From Candidatus Methanomethylicaceae archaeon GD_Cm_T35_P0_bin.15 (lineage in GTDB: Archaea > Thermoproteota > Methanomethylicia > Methanomethylicales > Methanomethylicaceae): a stretch of DNA of 64,000 nt. Every line of letters begins with the position of its first letter. The stretch's first letter is position 1. Made by a program: the position numbers and the translations under genes. Below, in pieces: positions 43,216 through 53,346 of the stretch. The DNA lies in assembly GCA_038801785.1 (NCBI GenBank), contig JAULTD010000001.1, forward strand, positions 289,404 to 353,403, read 5' to 3'. Under the pieces are notes generated by a model. It was not told where the DNA came from. It searched no databases and saw only the letters and a program-made list of their open reading frames with translations.

Positions 43216-44106
43216 CTACTCCTCCTTGGGAACCGAGGCGTCAACTATGATCAGTATGGCCGATGAGATCACAGGTATCAGCAGGAAGATGGCAAAGTAG
43301 AGGGTCGCCAGTATGTTGATCCCTCCTCCCCCCACCAGGGACATGGCGGCCAGCATGATTATGATCACGAGGGGCAGGACGATGCCGCCAGTCACGTAGA
43401 CCTCGGCAAGGACACTCAGCATGTCGAGGGACTTCTTCATCGAGATCCTCCGGAGCCTCATGTAGTGCCTGCTCTGCAGGTGGAGGTAGCGCTTCAGGTC
43501 GCCCCCGGTCCTCTCGACCATCAGTATCCCCCTCAGCAGGTCGGCGAACTGCTTTGATGAGGACTCGTCGGCCCCCCTCCGCAGCGAGGTGTAAAAGTCC
43601 TCGCCTAAGACGTCCATCCTCCGGACGACCTCCGAGAGCTCGTCCTTGATGGTGGCATCCAGGTCTGAGGCGGAGAGGCTCTTGAAGATCCTCTCGGGTA
43701 TGACGCCTGCCCCGGCCAGTATGGCCATGTAATTAACGGCGAAGTTCATCTCCCTCTCGATGGTACTCTTCCTGCTGTTGGCAGATATCGTCGGACGGGT
43801 GTACATTATCCAGAAGGCGATACCGCCGGCCAGGAACCCTATGCCCAGGCTCATGGCTATGGCATAGAGGGGCACCGTCCGCAGGATCAGGACGGCGAGG
43901 GAGGCGGAGAAGGCGATCAGCAACGCTATTATGGTGACCATCAGCATTTTGCTGACATACTTAGAGAGCGTAATCTTCATCCCGGCTCTCTTAAGATCGT
44001 TCTCGAGGTCCTCGAAGTAGGGGAGGAGCAGATCCAGTCTTCTCCCCAGTAGCGAGTATGCGAGCTTGGAGAAGTTGGGGAGGCGGACTGACCTCCTCTT
44101 CTTCAT
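43216..44106 (-). CDS. type IV pilus platform protein, half-size (T2SSF domain, TadB/FlaJ-like)
   Basis: 296 aa with the same TM / helical-domain / TM layout. It ends 2 nt before the next gene. Confidence 0.7.
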   Translation of the reverse strand: MKKRRSVRLPNFSKLAYSLLGRRLDLLLPYFEDLENDLKRAGMKITLSKYVSKMLMVTIIALLIAFSASLAVLILRTVPLYAIAMSLGIGFLAGGIAFWIMYTRPTISANSRKSTIEREMNFAVNYMAILAGAGVIPERIFKSLSASDLDATIKDELSEVVRRMDVLGEDFYTSLRRGADESSSKQFADLLRGILMVERTGGDLKRYLHLQSRHYMRLRRISMKKSLDMLSVLAEVYVTGGIVLPLVIIIMLAAMSLVGGGGINILATLYFAIFLLIPVISSAILIIVDASVPKEE

Positions 44107-44253
44107 GATGGATCACCAAGCCTCGGTCCTGCCAGCCGGCGGGGCCTGATCTCTTGACAACAGTGAGCGGCCCTGCCGGGGACACGGGCAGAGGATAACT
44201 CGGGACGCCCCCCTAACTTATTCGTGACGCATCGTCCTGGGCTCTTATTCGGG

Positions 44254-45795
44254 TTAGTCAGGGTTTGCATTGCTGACACCGTCGGAAACACCTGCTTCGG
44301 GTATCTCGGACATGTTGTCCACCAGGGCCATTCTGAAGACCCTGTCCCTGTCAGCATAGTACTCCCTCAGCAGGTTCCCTATCTCGAGGTACCTTCTGAT
44401 CGACTTGTTCGCCATCCACCCCAAGATTACCTTCCTCGCAGCTATCTCGGAGCGGATCTCTTCGAGTGGGATCCCCCTCTCCTGGGCTATGCTTTTCAGG
44501 AGGGCACTCTCGGAGAGGAAGGTGTGCGCGTCATTCGCATGGTCCCACTTCACCAATGGGTTCAGGATGAGCTCGTTCTTCTCATTGTCGTACCCGGCCA
44601 CCTCGGTCACGTCGACCGTCCTCCGGGCAGACTTGTCGCCGACCTTCACCTTCCTCTGGATCATTATGATGTCGATTAGCCCCACGAGCATCTTGGGGAT
44701 GTTCATGGGCGCGCTCTCCAGCCTGTTCAGTACGCCCTGGACGTTCTCCGCGTGGATTGTTGCCTGGACGCCGTGGCCCGTCGCCAGTGCTTGGAAGAGG
44801 GTGTAGGCCTCGGCCCCCCTGATCTCGCCCACCAGTATGTAGTCAGGCCTCTGCCTCAGCGCGTTCTTGAGAAGGTCGAAGAGGGTTATGGCGCTCTCCT
44901 TCTTGCCGAACCCTGTCCTGGTTGCCATGGGGATCCAGTTGGTGTGGGGGATGTTCAGTTCGGGCGTCTCCTCTATCGAGACCACCTTCATGTCGGGCCT
45001 GATGAACATGGAGATGCAGTTGAGCATGGTCGTCTTCCCCGATGCGACCTCGCCCACGACGAGGATCGAGCTCTTGTTCTCGACGGCATACCAGAGATAG
45101 GCGGCCAGCTCAGCCGAGAGGGTCCCCATCTGGATGAGGTCGACTATGGTCATGGGGTCTGCCCTGAACCGCCGTATTGTGAAGGTGGTGCCCTTTCGGG
45201 AGATCTCGGAGCCGTAGGTGGCGTTTACCCTGCTCCCGTCGGGAAGGGAGCCGTCGAGGATGGGGTTGGCTATGGACAGGTGTTTCCCGCACCGGTAGGC
45301 CAACCTCACCACGAACCTGTTGAGCTCCTCCTCGGTATTGAAGAGGATGTTCGTGCGGATGGACTCGTACTCCCGGTGCCAGACGTATATGGGCACGCCG
45401 ACACCGTCGCATGAGATGTCCTCTATAAAGTGGTCTTTCATGAGTGGGTCGATCCTCTCAAAGCCCAGGGAGTCGCGCTTTATGTAGAAGAGGAGTTTGT
45501 TCAGGAGCCCCTCGTCTGCCTTTATCCGGTAGTCCTTGATTATCCTGCGCACCTCGTTCTCGACGATGGCGGAGGCGTTCCCCCCGTCGAGCTCCTTCAC
45601 GTCTATGTCGATCTCGTCGAGGAAGATCTTCTTGATCTTCTTCAGGAGGGCCTCGTCTTCGGGGGTGAGGGTCGGCATGATGAGCTTGTAGAGGTTCTCC
45701 TTCGTGGCAGGGTCCTCCAGAATCGCCACGTAGACGTAGGGTTCCTCGATGGGGTAGGTGGACCTGAAGCCACTAGAGTCCTGCGCACTCATCAC
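44254..45795 (-). CDS. type II/IV secretion system ATPase (FlaI/TadA/GspE family)
   Basis: Walker A VGEVASGKTT, SIEETPEL, Walker B/Asp box PDYILVGEIRGAEA, His box ATIHA. Confidence 0.9.
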   Translation of the reverse strand: MMSAQDSSGFRSTYPIEEPYVYVAILEDPATKENLYKLIMPTLTPEDEALLKKIKKIFLDEIDIDVKELDGGNASAIVENEVRRIIKDYRIKADEGLLNKLLFYIKRDSLGFERIDPLMKDHFIEDISCDGVGVPIYVWHREYESIRTNILFNTEEELNRFVVRLAYRCGKHLSIANPILDGSLPDGSRVNATYGSEISRKGTTFTIRRFRADPMTIVDLIQMGTLSAELAAYLWYAVENKSSILVVGEVASGKTTMLNCISMFIRPDMKVVSIEETPELNIPHTNWIPMATRTGFGKKESAITLFDLLKNALRQRPDYILVGEIRGAEAYTLFQALATGHGVQATIHAENVQGVLNRLESAPMNIPKMLVGLIDIIMIQRKVKVGDKSARRTVDVTEVAGYDNEKNELILNPLVKWDHANDAHTFLSESALLKSIAQERGIPLEEIRSEIAARKVILGWMANKSIRRYLEIGNLLREYYADRDRVFRMALVDNMSEIPEAGVSDGVSNANPD

Positions 45796-46018
45796 TGCCT
45801 ATTCTCCTTCCTCGCTATATGTCGGCACACCCTTTATTTTGCTTGTGATACCATTATTCGCCAGAGCGGCAAGGGTAATCCAGCGCAGGGTCTTCCATTA
45901 CCGACATCCAAGACGGGCGCGGGCTTGCAAGGTGCGGAGAGTGTGTTTACTGGCTTGGCAGACGGTTCAGGCAGTGCGGAGAGCGGCAACTAAGCGGTGA
46001 TCTGTTTTCTCAACAGAT

Positions 46019-46293
46019 AAAAACATTTTGTATATTTTTATCCAAAGCGTTTTAAGCAACGTTTATATACACATTTCATCCGCTAAATAGCGGTTGATGG
46101 TAGACTATGCTGACGATCAAGAGCAAGTGTAGAACAGACAAAGGAGTCTCGCCGATAATAGCGACGCTGTTATTGATAGTCATAGCTGTGGCAGCGGCAG
46201 TTGTCACTTATACGTTCGTAATGGGGTTCGTGGGCACCAGCAGCCAGAATACAGGGCCGTCGGGGCAGCTCACCTATGACACCTACTCTGTGA
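46019..46293. repeat. duplicated pilin promoter plus 5' coding block, copy A
   Basis: Aligns by eye with 52820-53095 with one 1-nt indel and a handful of substitutions. Confidence 0.9.
46062..46069 (+). promoter_or_regulatory. putative TATA box of pilin gene A
   Basis: tttatata lies 38-45 nt upstream of the ATG at 46107. The identical element is found before pilin gene B. Confidence 0.45.
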
Positions 46294-46592
46294 CAGGTGA
46301 TGCGACCAACTCTAATTTCACAGTCTATGTAAGAAATACGGGTGGAAAATCGGTCACGCTTAGTACGGTATATGTTGATGGTGTTTCATACACCTATGCC
46401 ACTGGAAATACTAGTGTACCGCAGACTGCATACTCTTGGGCTTTCACAGTTAGCGGGGCAACACAGGTTTTAGATGTTGCTCAAGTCGGCACATTATATG
46501 TAAACAGTAGCGGACTGAACCCCGCTCAGTGGCATACAGTGAAGATCGTATGCATCGACGGGACTGCCTTGGAGTTCAGCGTAAAGAAGTAA
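46107..46592 (+). CDS. archaeal type IV pilin (class III signal peptide), paralog A
   Basis: MLTIKSKCRTDKG|VSPIIATLLLIVIAVAAAVVTYTFV: a basic leader, then KG|VS, then a hydrophobic helix. Confidence 0.8.
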   Translation: MLTIKSKCRTDKGVSPIIATLLLIVIAVAAAVVTYTFVMGFVGTSSQNTGPSGQLTYDTYSVTGDATNSNFTVYVRNTGGKSVTLSTVYVDGVSYTYATGNTSVPQTAYSWAFTVSGATQVLDVAQVGTLYVNSSGLNPAQWHTVKIVCIDGTALEFSVKK

Positions 46593-46617
46593 CTTTTTGA
46601 TCTTTTTCTTCCCCTTT
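46515..46617. repeat. duplicated pilin 3' coding block plus terminator, copy A
   Basis: Identical by eye to 53269-53371. Confidence 0.9.
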
Positions 46618-46640
46618 TTCTTATCTTATTTCTATGTTTT
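46593..46640 (+). terminator. T-rich putative archaeal terminator after pilin A
   Basis: Runs ctttttga tctttttctt cccctttttc directly after the TAA. Confidence 0.4.
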
Positions 46641-46752
46641 AGCATGAATGCCTTCGCAGAATTAAATAAATACCAGCATGAGAGGTTCCGAAATCGTCCC
46701 CGCCACGGGAGGATTGATGACCCTTAGGAGCATACAGGAAAAGAGCCGCGTG

Positions 46753-47670
46753 TCAGGTCCCTTTAATCAGGCTGACAAAGTCGCAGTTGACAAAGTTCAT
46801 GGTCAGGAAGGGCTCTCCAGTCCATCTGCTGTATAGTACGGTCACGGTGTAGACCGCCCCGGGAGAGCATTGGAATTCCACATAACCTGAAGCCGCGGTG
46901 CTCCATCCAGAATCTATGCCCAGCTCGTGCACTATGATCCGGCAGTCCTCGTTCACGTAGTAGTTCAGGTAGACGGTTGAGTTGAGCGTCACTACCCGTG
47001 TGGTTGCATTGAACCCCACCTTTGTGTAGGGGCCGAATATCGGATCGTTCGATGCCGCCCCCCACGTGAAGGTCAGGCTGGCGGTCTCCCAGTAGCTCTC
47101 CCCCAATTTAGTATCGAATACCTTCCGTTCCGAGAGGTTGTACCACTGGACGTACCACCTCCCCGCCTCCATTATGTCTATCACAGACAGCCCCGTCCCC
47201 CCGACTCCGCCGCCCTCGCCCTCGCTTGCCTGTGTACCGGAGAAGAGGTTGCCCCTGCTCGTGACCACCTTCGACGCCGTCATACTTACGTAAGGTATGG
47301 TCGTGTTTATGGAGACCCTCATCTTGGCGGGCACCGCCCATTCGCCGGTCTGGACGGTGTGGTTCGACCATATCTGCGTAATGACGATCGTCCTGGGCGT
47401 CGGGTTGCTGGCCTCCACCAGGAGCATACCTGAGGAGTTCATAAAGCTCAGCTTCAGCTCTTCCATCATCCGCAGGTTTTGGAACTCTTGATCCTCCCTC
47501 ACAGTGTCGATATAGTTGGCATAGCTCTGCGCCCAAGCAAGCATCGCAGTCATCGCGACGGTGAATATTAGTAAGAAGATCATCGCGCCTATCACAGTGC
47601 TTACCCCTCGGCGCCGGCGACTGATCGGCAAACGCAGAGGCTCAGAGCCTGACCATCTCTTCATAAACAT
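46753..47670 (-). CDS. pilin-like protein with class III signal peptide (305 aa)
   Basis: ISRRRRG|VSTVIGAMIFLLIFTVAMTAML N-terminus. Confidence 0.65.
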   Translation of the reverse strand: MFMKRWSGSEPLRLPISRRRRGVSTVIGAMIFLLIFTVAMTAMLAWAQSYANYIDTVREDQEFQNLRMMEELKLSFMNSSGMLLVEASNPTPRTIVITQIWSNHTVQTGEWAVPAKMRVSINTTIPYVSMTASKVVTSRGNLFSGTQASEGEGGGVGGTGLSVIDIMEAGRWYVQWYNLSERKVFDTKLGESYWETASLTFTWGAASNDPIFGPYTKVGFNATTRVVTLNSTVYLNYYVNEDCRIIVHELGIDSGWSTAASGYVEFQCSPGAVYTVTVLYSRWTGEPFLTMNFVNCDFVSLIKGT

Positions 47671-48073
47671 TCCCCAAGGAGCTTGCGATGCTTACCGAGC
47701 AGATCGACCCGCTGAGCACCATGACGGGGGTTGTTCCGTTTACCCAGGCCCAGTACCCCGGCATAATCTCAATAGGCTCTGAGAGGGGCAGATTTGTCCC
47801 GTTGAGGAATAGGGCCGCGATCGTTACGGGCGTCCTGCCGTAATTATAGACGGCAACCGAGATCGTGTTTGTCCCTGACTTGAGGGTATCGACTATCACG
47901 AACCTCTCCATCACGATGCCGGCATTCAGCGTGTTGACCTCGCCAATCGCCGAGGTCGTGCCGGAGAAGTACCCCGCGCTGTATGTGAAGAGGGCTACGC
48001 CTATCGACGAGACGACGACGATCATCAAAAGGGTGGCGACGATCTCACTGACCCCTCTAGACAAACGCTGCAC
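47642..48073 (-). CDS. pilin-like protein with class III signal peptide (143 aa)
   Basis: MQRLSRG|VSEIVATLLMIVVVSSIGVAL N-terminus. Confidence 0.7.
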   Translation of the reverse strand: MQRLSRGVSEIVATLLMIVVVSSIGVALFTYSAGYFSGTTSAIGEVNTLNAGIVMERFVIVDTLKSGTNTISVAVYNYGRTPVTIAALFLNGTNLPLSEPIEIMPGYWAWVNGTTPVMVLSGSICSVSIASSLGNVYEEMVRL

Positions 48074-48344
48074 CGATCTTACCGATTCTTTTTAGGGCTA
48101 TATAACGACCTCGGAGTGGGGGCGGACCAGTGCCGCGGAGGGCGGCTCCCCGCATGCCGCGAATGTTGCATCGGCGGGAGCGTTGCCGGCGCAGCCGCTG
48201 GTGATCTCTCCGGGCGCACTGATGGGTTGACGCCCCGGCCGTCTATCTGGGCTGAGGCGCCGTGCATAGGTCAAAACCGTGCGGTATCGAATCCAAATCG
48301 AAACAGATTAATTCGCTGCTCGATAGAGGTGGGAGCGGTGCCTT

Positions 48345-51300
48345 ATGTTGTCCCGCCGGAGGGGAGTGTCCCCTGTAATAGCGTCGATCCTTTTGATCGT
48401 GATAGTCGTCGCATCATCAGCCGTGGTTTATTCGGCAACAAACTCTCTGAGCCTGACGCCTAAGGCAGACGCTCCTGCGATACTGGAGAACCTGAAGATA
48501 ATACAGGTCTCGGCCGACGCCAGCGTTATCTACCTCTTCATCCTGAACAGGGGCGGCGTAGACACCGCCATCGACTCCGTTTATGTAGAGTCCTGCGGCG
48601 GGGAGCTCCTCCTCAGGTACCCCGTCAGTGTAGACGTACCCGCTGGGGAGACTGTAAGTGTGGCCATCCCGAAGGGCGGGCTGGACCTGTCCAAGCCGCT
48701 CAACTTCAAGATAGCAGCCCGGAAAGGCTACTCTGCCTCGACCCTGGCTATTGTACAGCCCCTGCTGGTCTCGCCCGTCCCCTCATCGCGCGAGCATTTC
48801 CCTCAGGCATATTCTGTTGCTACAGGCACCTACGCCGCAGGCGTCCTGCCAGACTCCGTCCAGCATGTGGACGGCGCATACTTCGGCGTGACCTCAGCCC
48901 CGGCCTATGTCAGCCCCGCTTACTCACCGGCTGCGTACAGCGTCCAGACCGGCTCATATGTAAACGGGAGCGCGCCCCTCCTCTCGATCCAAGACGGCCA
49001 GAGCATGTGCTTCCTCAGCTCCGCGTCGACGCAGATCAGCCGGACTTATTACTCCACGGGCTATACCATCGTCAACGGTACGCTCGCCGGAGGCTCGCTC
49101 CCGGATACCTACGCCAACGACACTGCAGCGCTGATCTTCGATTCCTATGATGTCCCGGCTTCAATGCTATACCCTCTCCCGAACATGAACCTCACCTCCG
49201 GCGGAGATTATTGGCAGGCGTCCTCGTCGGAGGCTGCACCGTCGGTAGGGCCCTCTTCTGTAACGAACGCCTCCTCAGACTTTGTATTTGCGGGCCAGAG
49301 GGCGGTGGCGAGGACCGGGGATGCCAACAGCACCATACACGTCATATACACCGATAACTCCTACCTGCGATACGCCGTAAGCGTTGACGGCGGCAGGTCA
49401 TTCGTTGACCATGCCTATATCAGCAACACTCTCGGCGGGGGCGAGCTCGGGATGCACCCGGCCATCGCCCCGGACGTAAACAACAACCTCCACATAGCCT
49501 ACGAGTGGAGCAGCACCTCGCCGAACGAGATAGGGTACCTATTATTCGGCTACAACTCGAGCTATGGTGGAAACCCACAGTCCTCCCCTGCCTACCTGCA
49601 GGCAACGGGCACCACCAGCCTCGCCGCCCACTTTATTGCCTTCTCCTCGGAGCTTGAGACAGTCCAGCTGTACCTGGGGAATGCCAGCTCCTCCTCGGCA
49701 CTCCTCACGGTCGAACTCCGGACGGCTGCGGCGGACGGGACGCCTGATCTGAGCCCCTCGGGCTTGGTAGCGAGCGCCACCCTAGACCAGGTGCCTGCGT
49801 CCATGGGCTGGGTCAACGCCACGCTCGGTGCGACCCTCGAGGCGGGGGCGGTCTATGCCATAGTCTTGGACGCCAGCGGCGGCGCCTTCAGGTGGGGCTA
49901 CACCGAGACAGGGTACACCGGCACGAGGGGAGGGTGGTCCTACACCTCAGGGGCATGGACCGAGAGCGCCGCACGGAACTTCTGCTTCGCCGTCCCCGGC
50001 TGGCCGGGGTGGACGTTCTCGGCACCGACCGCGGTCAGGTCGGTCTCCACCGGGACGACCCTCAACAGGCCCGCGATCGCGGTCTATCCCTACCTCACTG
50101 GGACTGACCAGAGCTTTAGCACCGGGACCTCGACCGCCGCGGTTTATGGCTCGAACTATTATGCCCAGTCGTTTACCCCCCTCCAGACGAACCTTGCCGG
50201 CGTGATGCTATACCTCAGCACGACCGGGAGCCCCGATCACCTCCGTGTGGAAGTCAGGGTGGCCAATGGCGCCGCCCCTGATATGTCCGACGCGGGCCTC
50301 CTCTCGTCGGGATATATCGACGGGGGGAGGACCTCGGCAACTCCGCAGTGGTACGACTGCGCCCTCACCCGGCAGATACAGCTCAACGCCTCCCAGACAT
50401 ACTGGATAGTTCTCAAGTCGCCCTCCTCCCCGGCCGGTAACTACTGGTCTTGGAGTTATAATGCCGCCGGAGGCTACGCCGGCGGAAATGCGGCAGAGAG
50501 CACCAGTGGCGGAGGCACGTGGACGGCGAGGGCATGGGACTTCCGGTTCATGACGTGCACTGAACTCGACGAGAGGCCCGCCATCGCCTGGCATTACCAG
50601 CAGTCGAGGCCGGCCAGGCTGCGGATCGAGTTCCTCCGCTGTATCCCAGAGGCCGACCCCGCCTCGACGTCGAGCTGGATGAACATGGCGGGCACTAGCA
50701 CGACCCCCGACATCCTCTATTCGGCAAACACCGCGGACACGACGACCCGTCTGGCCATCGCAGCGCAGCCCAACACAAACGCCCTCTACGTCTTCTATGC
50801 CAGATCAGGCACGCTCAGGTACAACCGCATCTACGGCTGGAACCCCGTAACCGGGAACTGGGGCAGCGCGAGCTCCGCTGCGACCGTTCTGACGGGCGTG
50901 TCGAATAACGAGTTCTCGGCAGCCCCTAACGCCGCGAGCGACACCGTGGTCCTCACAGCGGTCACCGCCGCAACAGGCTATACGAACGTCTACTACTACG
51001 ATTCGAGAAACACCCGCGTGGACATCTCGCCTGCGTCTACCCCCATGCGGAACGCCTCTGCGACAGTCATAGCCGGCAGGATCTATGTCGTATACAACAA
51101 CGCCACCAATATATCGTACCAGTACTATGACGGGGCATGGTCGGGCGAGGTCCGCTTCTACAACGGTACGTCGTCCTCCGCTCCGAATGCCGTATACGCT
51201 CCCCGCGCATCCTCGGTGGACTTTGTCTGGCTGAGCGGCCCGTCCTCGCTATCATACGGCTCGGTCTACCCGACCGGCATCGTGAACTTCACAGGGCCGA

Positions 51301-52814
51301 CCTACGATCCCGGCAACGGAAACCCCTCGGGGAGCGGGGGCGGCTCCATCTACGCCCAGGCCGACGATCACTTCGTCGACTACTCCTTCCACAGGGCGAA
51401 CTATACATTCTACAGCGGGTTCACTACGCCCACGACATGGGGCACGCCTAACGCGAGCTTTGCGTGGAGGTTCGACCTCTCGGGCAGCAGCAGCTATCCC
51501 TACGGTACCTCCGACGGTGTGACGCTCTACTCGGTCCGCCTCATAGTTGCGGACTCATCCGGCAACGACCTCTTCCTGCTGTATACCGATGACAACGGCG
51601 GCGCGGGATGGAGAGGAACCTCGGTCGGGTACTTCTACCGGACAGGCATCAGCGCGGACTATCCCATGGCGCCTGCCACCGCGTACCGGCTGAAGGTCGT
51701 ATTCGACGTCGGCTGCTCCGACCCCGGAGACCTTTCGAAGGTGACGTTCAGGGTTGACGACGTGGGCATCTCCTTCCAGAGCTTCGCCTCCTATCTCGAT
51801 CTGGAGTTCTACGGCCCCGGCGATACCGACGACTGGGATTCGATATGCCTCGATATCGTCTCTAGGGTATCCACGGTCCCGACGAGCATGCTCGTGAGGG
51901 TGTACAATTATGCCCTCGATCGGTATCCTCTGAGCGGCGAGCAGGGCTACTTCAATTACACCGTCACCACGGCGGAGGAGGAGAGCCGGACCCTCCAGAT
52001 CACGTCCGGCGCCAACAACTTTAGGGCCGCCGACGGGAGTTGGAGGATCAGTATAAACGGAAGCGCCGAGTTGGCGGGCTTCCAGTTCGCCTTGAACATG
52101 CTGGATTTCGCCCCGCGGGTGAACGTCCACTCCGCATCTGTCGAGTTCAGCGGGGCGAGCGACGTGGACGACTGGCTCGCCATCTTATGGGGCGCTACAC
52201 ATGCCTTCAGCACACCGACCGTCGAGGTTACGATCCAGCTCTACAACTATACCGCCTCAGCCTATCCCTCCTCGGGATTTGGCTACTACGCTTACACGTC
52301 GGGGCAGGCCTACACGTATGAGCCTGCTTCCGGGACTACCTCGGACAACGCTGCCGACTACAGGGACGCCTCGGGCAACTGGAGGATGCTCGTCACGGCG
52401 ACCAAGGTAGGGAGCCCCTTCTACATGCTCAGCGATTATATCCTGTACTCGCCGACAGAGACGGCCCAAGAGGCAGTGGATGCCTGCTTCATCTTCACGG
52501 GCGTGAACGCGGGGTATTTGCTCAATATGACCTATAACATGACGTCCCTCCTCAGCGTCGGCTCCCTCAACGTGACGTTCCAGATATGGGACTACTCGGC
52601 CTCGAGGTGGAGCGGCATCTACTCCACGACGTATACTTCCAGCCCCGCCCCCAACACGCCCCAGAGTGCCCTGATAGTGGTGACCTCAGATCTGCAGAGG
52701 TATGTGAGTTCGGGCGAGACGAGGGTGAGGGTCAGCACGGAGTCGCTGACGTCATCATTCAACTTCAGCGCAGACCAAGTGGAGCTTACCGTCTGGGCGT
52801 TAGGCTTTGCCTGA
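48345..52814 (+). CDS. giant (1489 aa) pilin-like surface protein with class III signal peptide
   Basis: MLSRRRG|VSPVIASILLIVIVVASS N-terminus. Asp-box-like SVDGGRSF. An internally duplicated ~130-aa module. S/T/Y/A-rich beta-type composition. Confidence 0.75.
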   Translation: MLSRRRGVSPVIASILLIVIVVASSAVVYSATNSLSLTPKADAPAILENLKIIQVSADASVIYLFILNRGGVDTAIDSVYVESCGGELLLRYPVSVDVPAGETVSVAIPKGGLDLSKPLNFKIAARKGYSASTLAIVQPLLVSPVPSSREHFPQAYSVATGTYAAGVLPDSVQHVDGAYFGVTSAPAYVSPAYSPAAYSVQTGSYVNGSAPLLSIQDGQSMCFLSSASTQISRTYYSTGYTIVNGTLAGGSLPDTYANDTAALIFDSYDVPASMLYPLPNMNLTSGGDYWQASSSEAAPSVGPSSVTNASSDFVFAGQRAVARTGDANSTIHVIYTDNSYLRYAVSVDGGRSFVDHAYISNTLGGGELGMHPAIAPDVNNNLHIAYEWSSTSPNEIGYLLFGYNSSYGGNPQSSPAYLQATGTTSLAAHFIAFSSELETVQLYLGNASSSSALLTVELRTAAADGTPDLSPSGLVASATLDQVPASMGWVNATLGATLEAGAVYAIVLDASGGAFRWGYTETGYTGTRGGWSYTSGAWTESAARNFCFAVPGWPGWTFSAPTAVRSVSTGTTLNRPAIAVYPYLTGTDQSFSTGTSTAAVYGSNYYAQSFTPLQTNLAGVMLYLSTTGSPDHLRVEVRVANGAAPDMSDAGLLSSGYIDGGRTSATPQWYDCALTRQIQLNASQTYWIVLKSPSSPAGNYWSWSYNAAGGYAGGNAAESTSGGGTWTARAWDFRFMTCTELDERPAIAWHYQQSRPARLRIEFLRCIPEADPASTSSWMNMAGTSTTPDILYSANTADTTTRLAIAAQPNTNALYVFYARSGTLRYNRIYGWNPVTGNWGSASSAATVLTGVSNNEFSAAPNAASDTVVLTAVTAATGYTNVYYYDSRNTRVDISPASTPMRNASATVIAGRIYVVYNNATNISYQYYDGAWSGEVRFYNGTSSSAPNAVYAPRASSVDFVWLSGPSSLSYGSVYPTGIVNFTGPTYDPGNGNPSGSGGGSIYAQADDHFVDYSFHRANYTFYSGFTTPTTWGTPNASFAWRFDLSGSSSYPYGTSDGVTLYSVRLIVADSSGNDLFLLYTDDNGGAGWRGTSVGYFYRTGISADYPMAPATAYRLKVVFDVGCSDPGDLSKVTFRVDDVGISFQSFASYLDLEFYGPGDTDDWDSICLDIVSRVSTVPTSMLVRVYNYALDRYPLSGEQGYFNYTVTTAEEESRTLQITSGANNFRAADGSWRISINGSAELAGFQFALNMLDFAPRVNVHSASVEFSGASDVDDWLAILWGATHAFSTPTVEVTIQLYNYTASAYPSSGFGYYAYTSGQAYTYEPASGTTSDNAADYRDASGNWRMLVTATKVGSPFYMLSDYILYSPTETAQEAVDACFIFTGVNAGYLLNMTYNMTSLLSVGSLNVTFQIWDYSASRWSGIYSTTYTSSPAPNTPQSALIVVTSDLQRYVSSGETRVRVSTESLTSSFNFSADQVELTVWALGFA

Positions 52815-52819
52815 TCTAC

Positions 52820-53095
52820 AAAAACATTTTTTTATATTTTTATCCAAAGCGTTTTAAGCAACGTTTATATACACATTTCATTCGCTAAATAGCGGTTGAT
52901 GGTAGACTATGCTGACGATCAAGAGCAAGTGTAGAACAGACAAAGGAGTCTCGCCGATAATAGCGACGCTGTTATTGATAGTCATAGCGGTGGCAGCGGC
53001 AGTCGTCACTTATACGTTCGTCATGGGGTTCCTGGGCACCAGCAGCCAGAATACAGGGCCGTCGGGGCAGCTCACCTATGACAGCTACTCTGTGA
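52820..53095. repeat. duplicated pilin promoter plus 5' coding block, copy B
   Basis: See copy A at 46019-46293. Confidence 0.9.
52864..52871 (+). promoter_or_regulatory. putative TATA box of pilin gene B
   Basis: tttatata lies 38-45 nt upstream of the ATG at 52909. Confidence 0.45.
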
Positions 53096-53346
53096 GCGGC
53101 AGTTCTGGGAACTATACGTATACGATCTATGTAAGAAATACTGGCGGAAAATCGGTAACGGTAGATCAAGTGTATGTCGACGGTAGCGCCGGTTCGTGGT
53201 TCTTTGGAGGCGGTAGTAACACCTTAGATGTTGCTAGTGTCGGGACATTGTATATAACCAATAGTAGCCTGAACCCCGCTCAGTGGCATACAGTGAAGAT
53301 CGTATGCATCGACGGGACTGCCTTGGAGTTCAGCGTAAAGAAGTAA
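52909..53346 (+). CDS. archaeal type IV pilin (class III signal peptide), paralog B
   Basis: Same first ~60 and last ~25 residues as paralog A, with a different central region. Confidence 0.8.
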   Translation: MLTIKSKCRTDKGVSPIIATLLLIVIAVAAAVVTYTFVMGFLGTSSQNTGPSGQLTYDSYSVSGSSGNYTYTIYVRNTGGKSVTVDQVYVDGSAGSWFFGGGSNTLDVASVGTLYITNSSLNPAQWHTVKIVCIDGTALEFSVKK

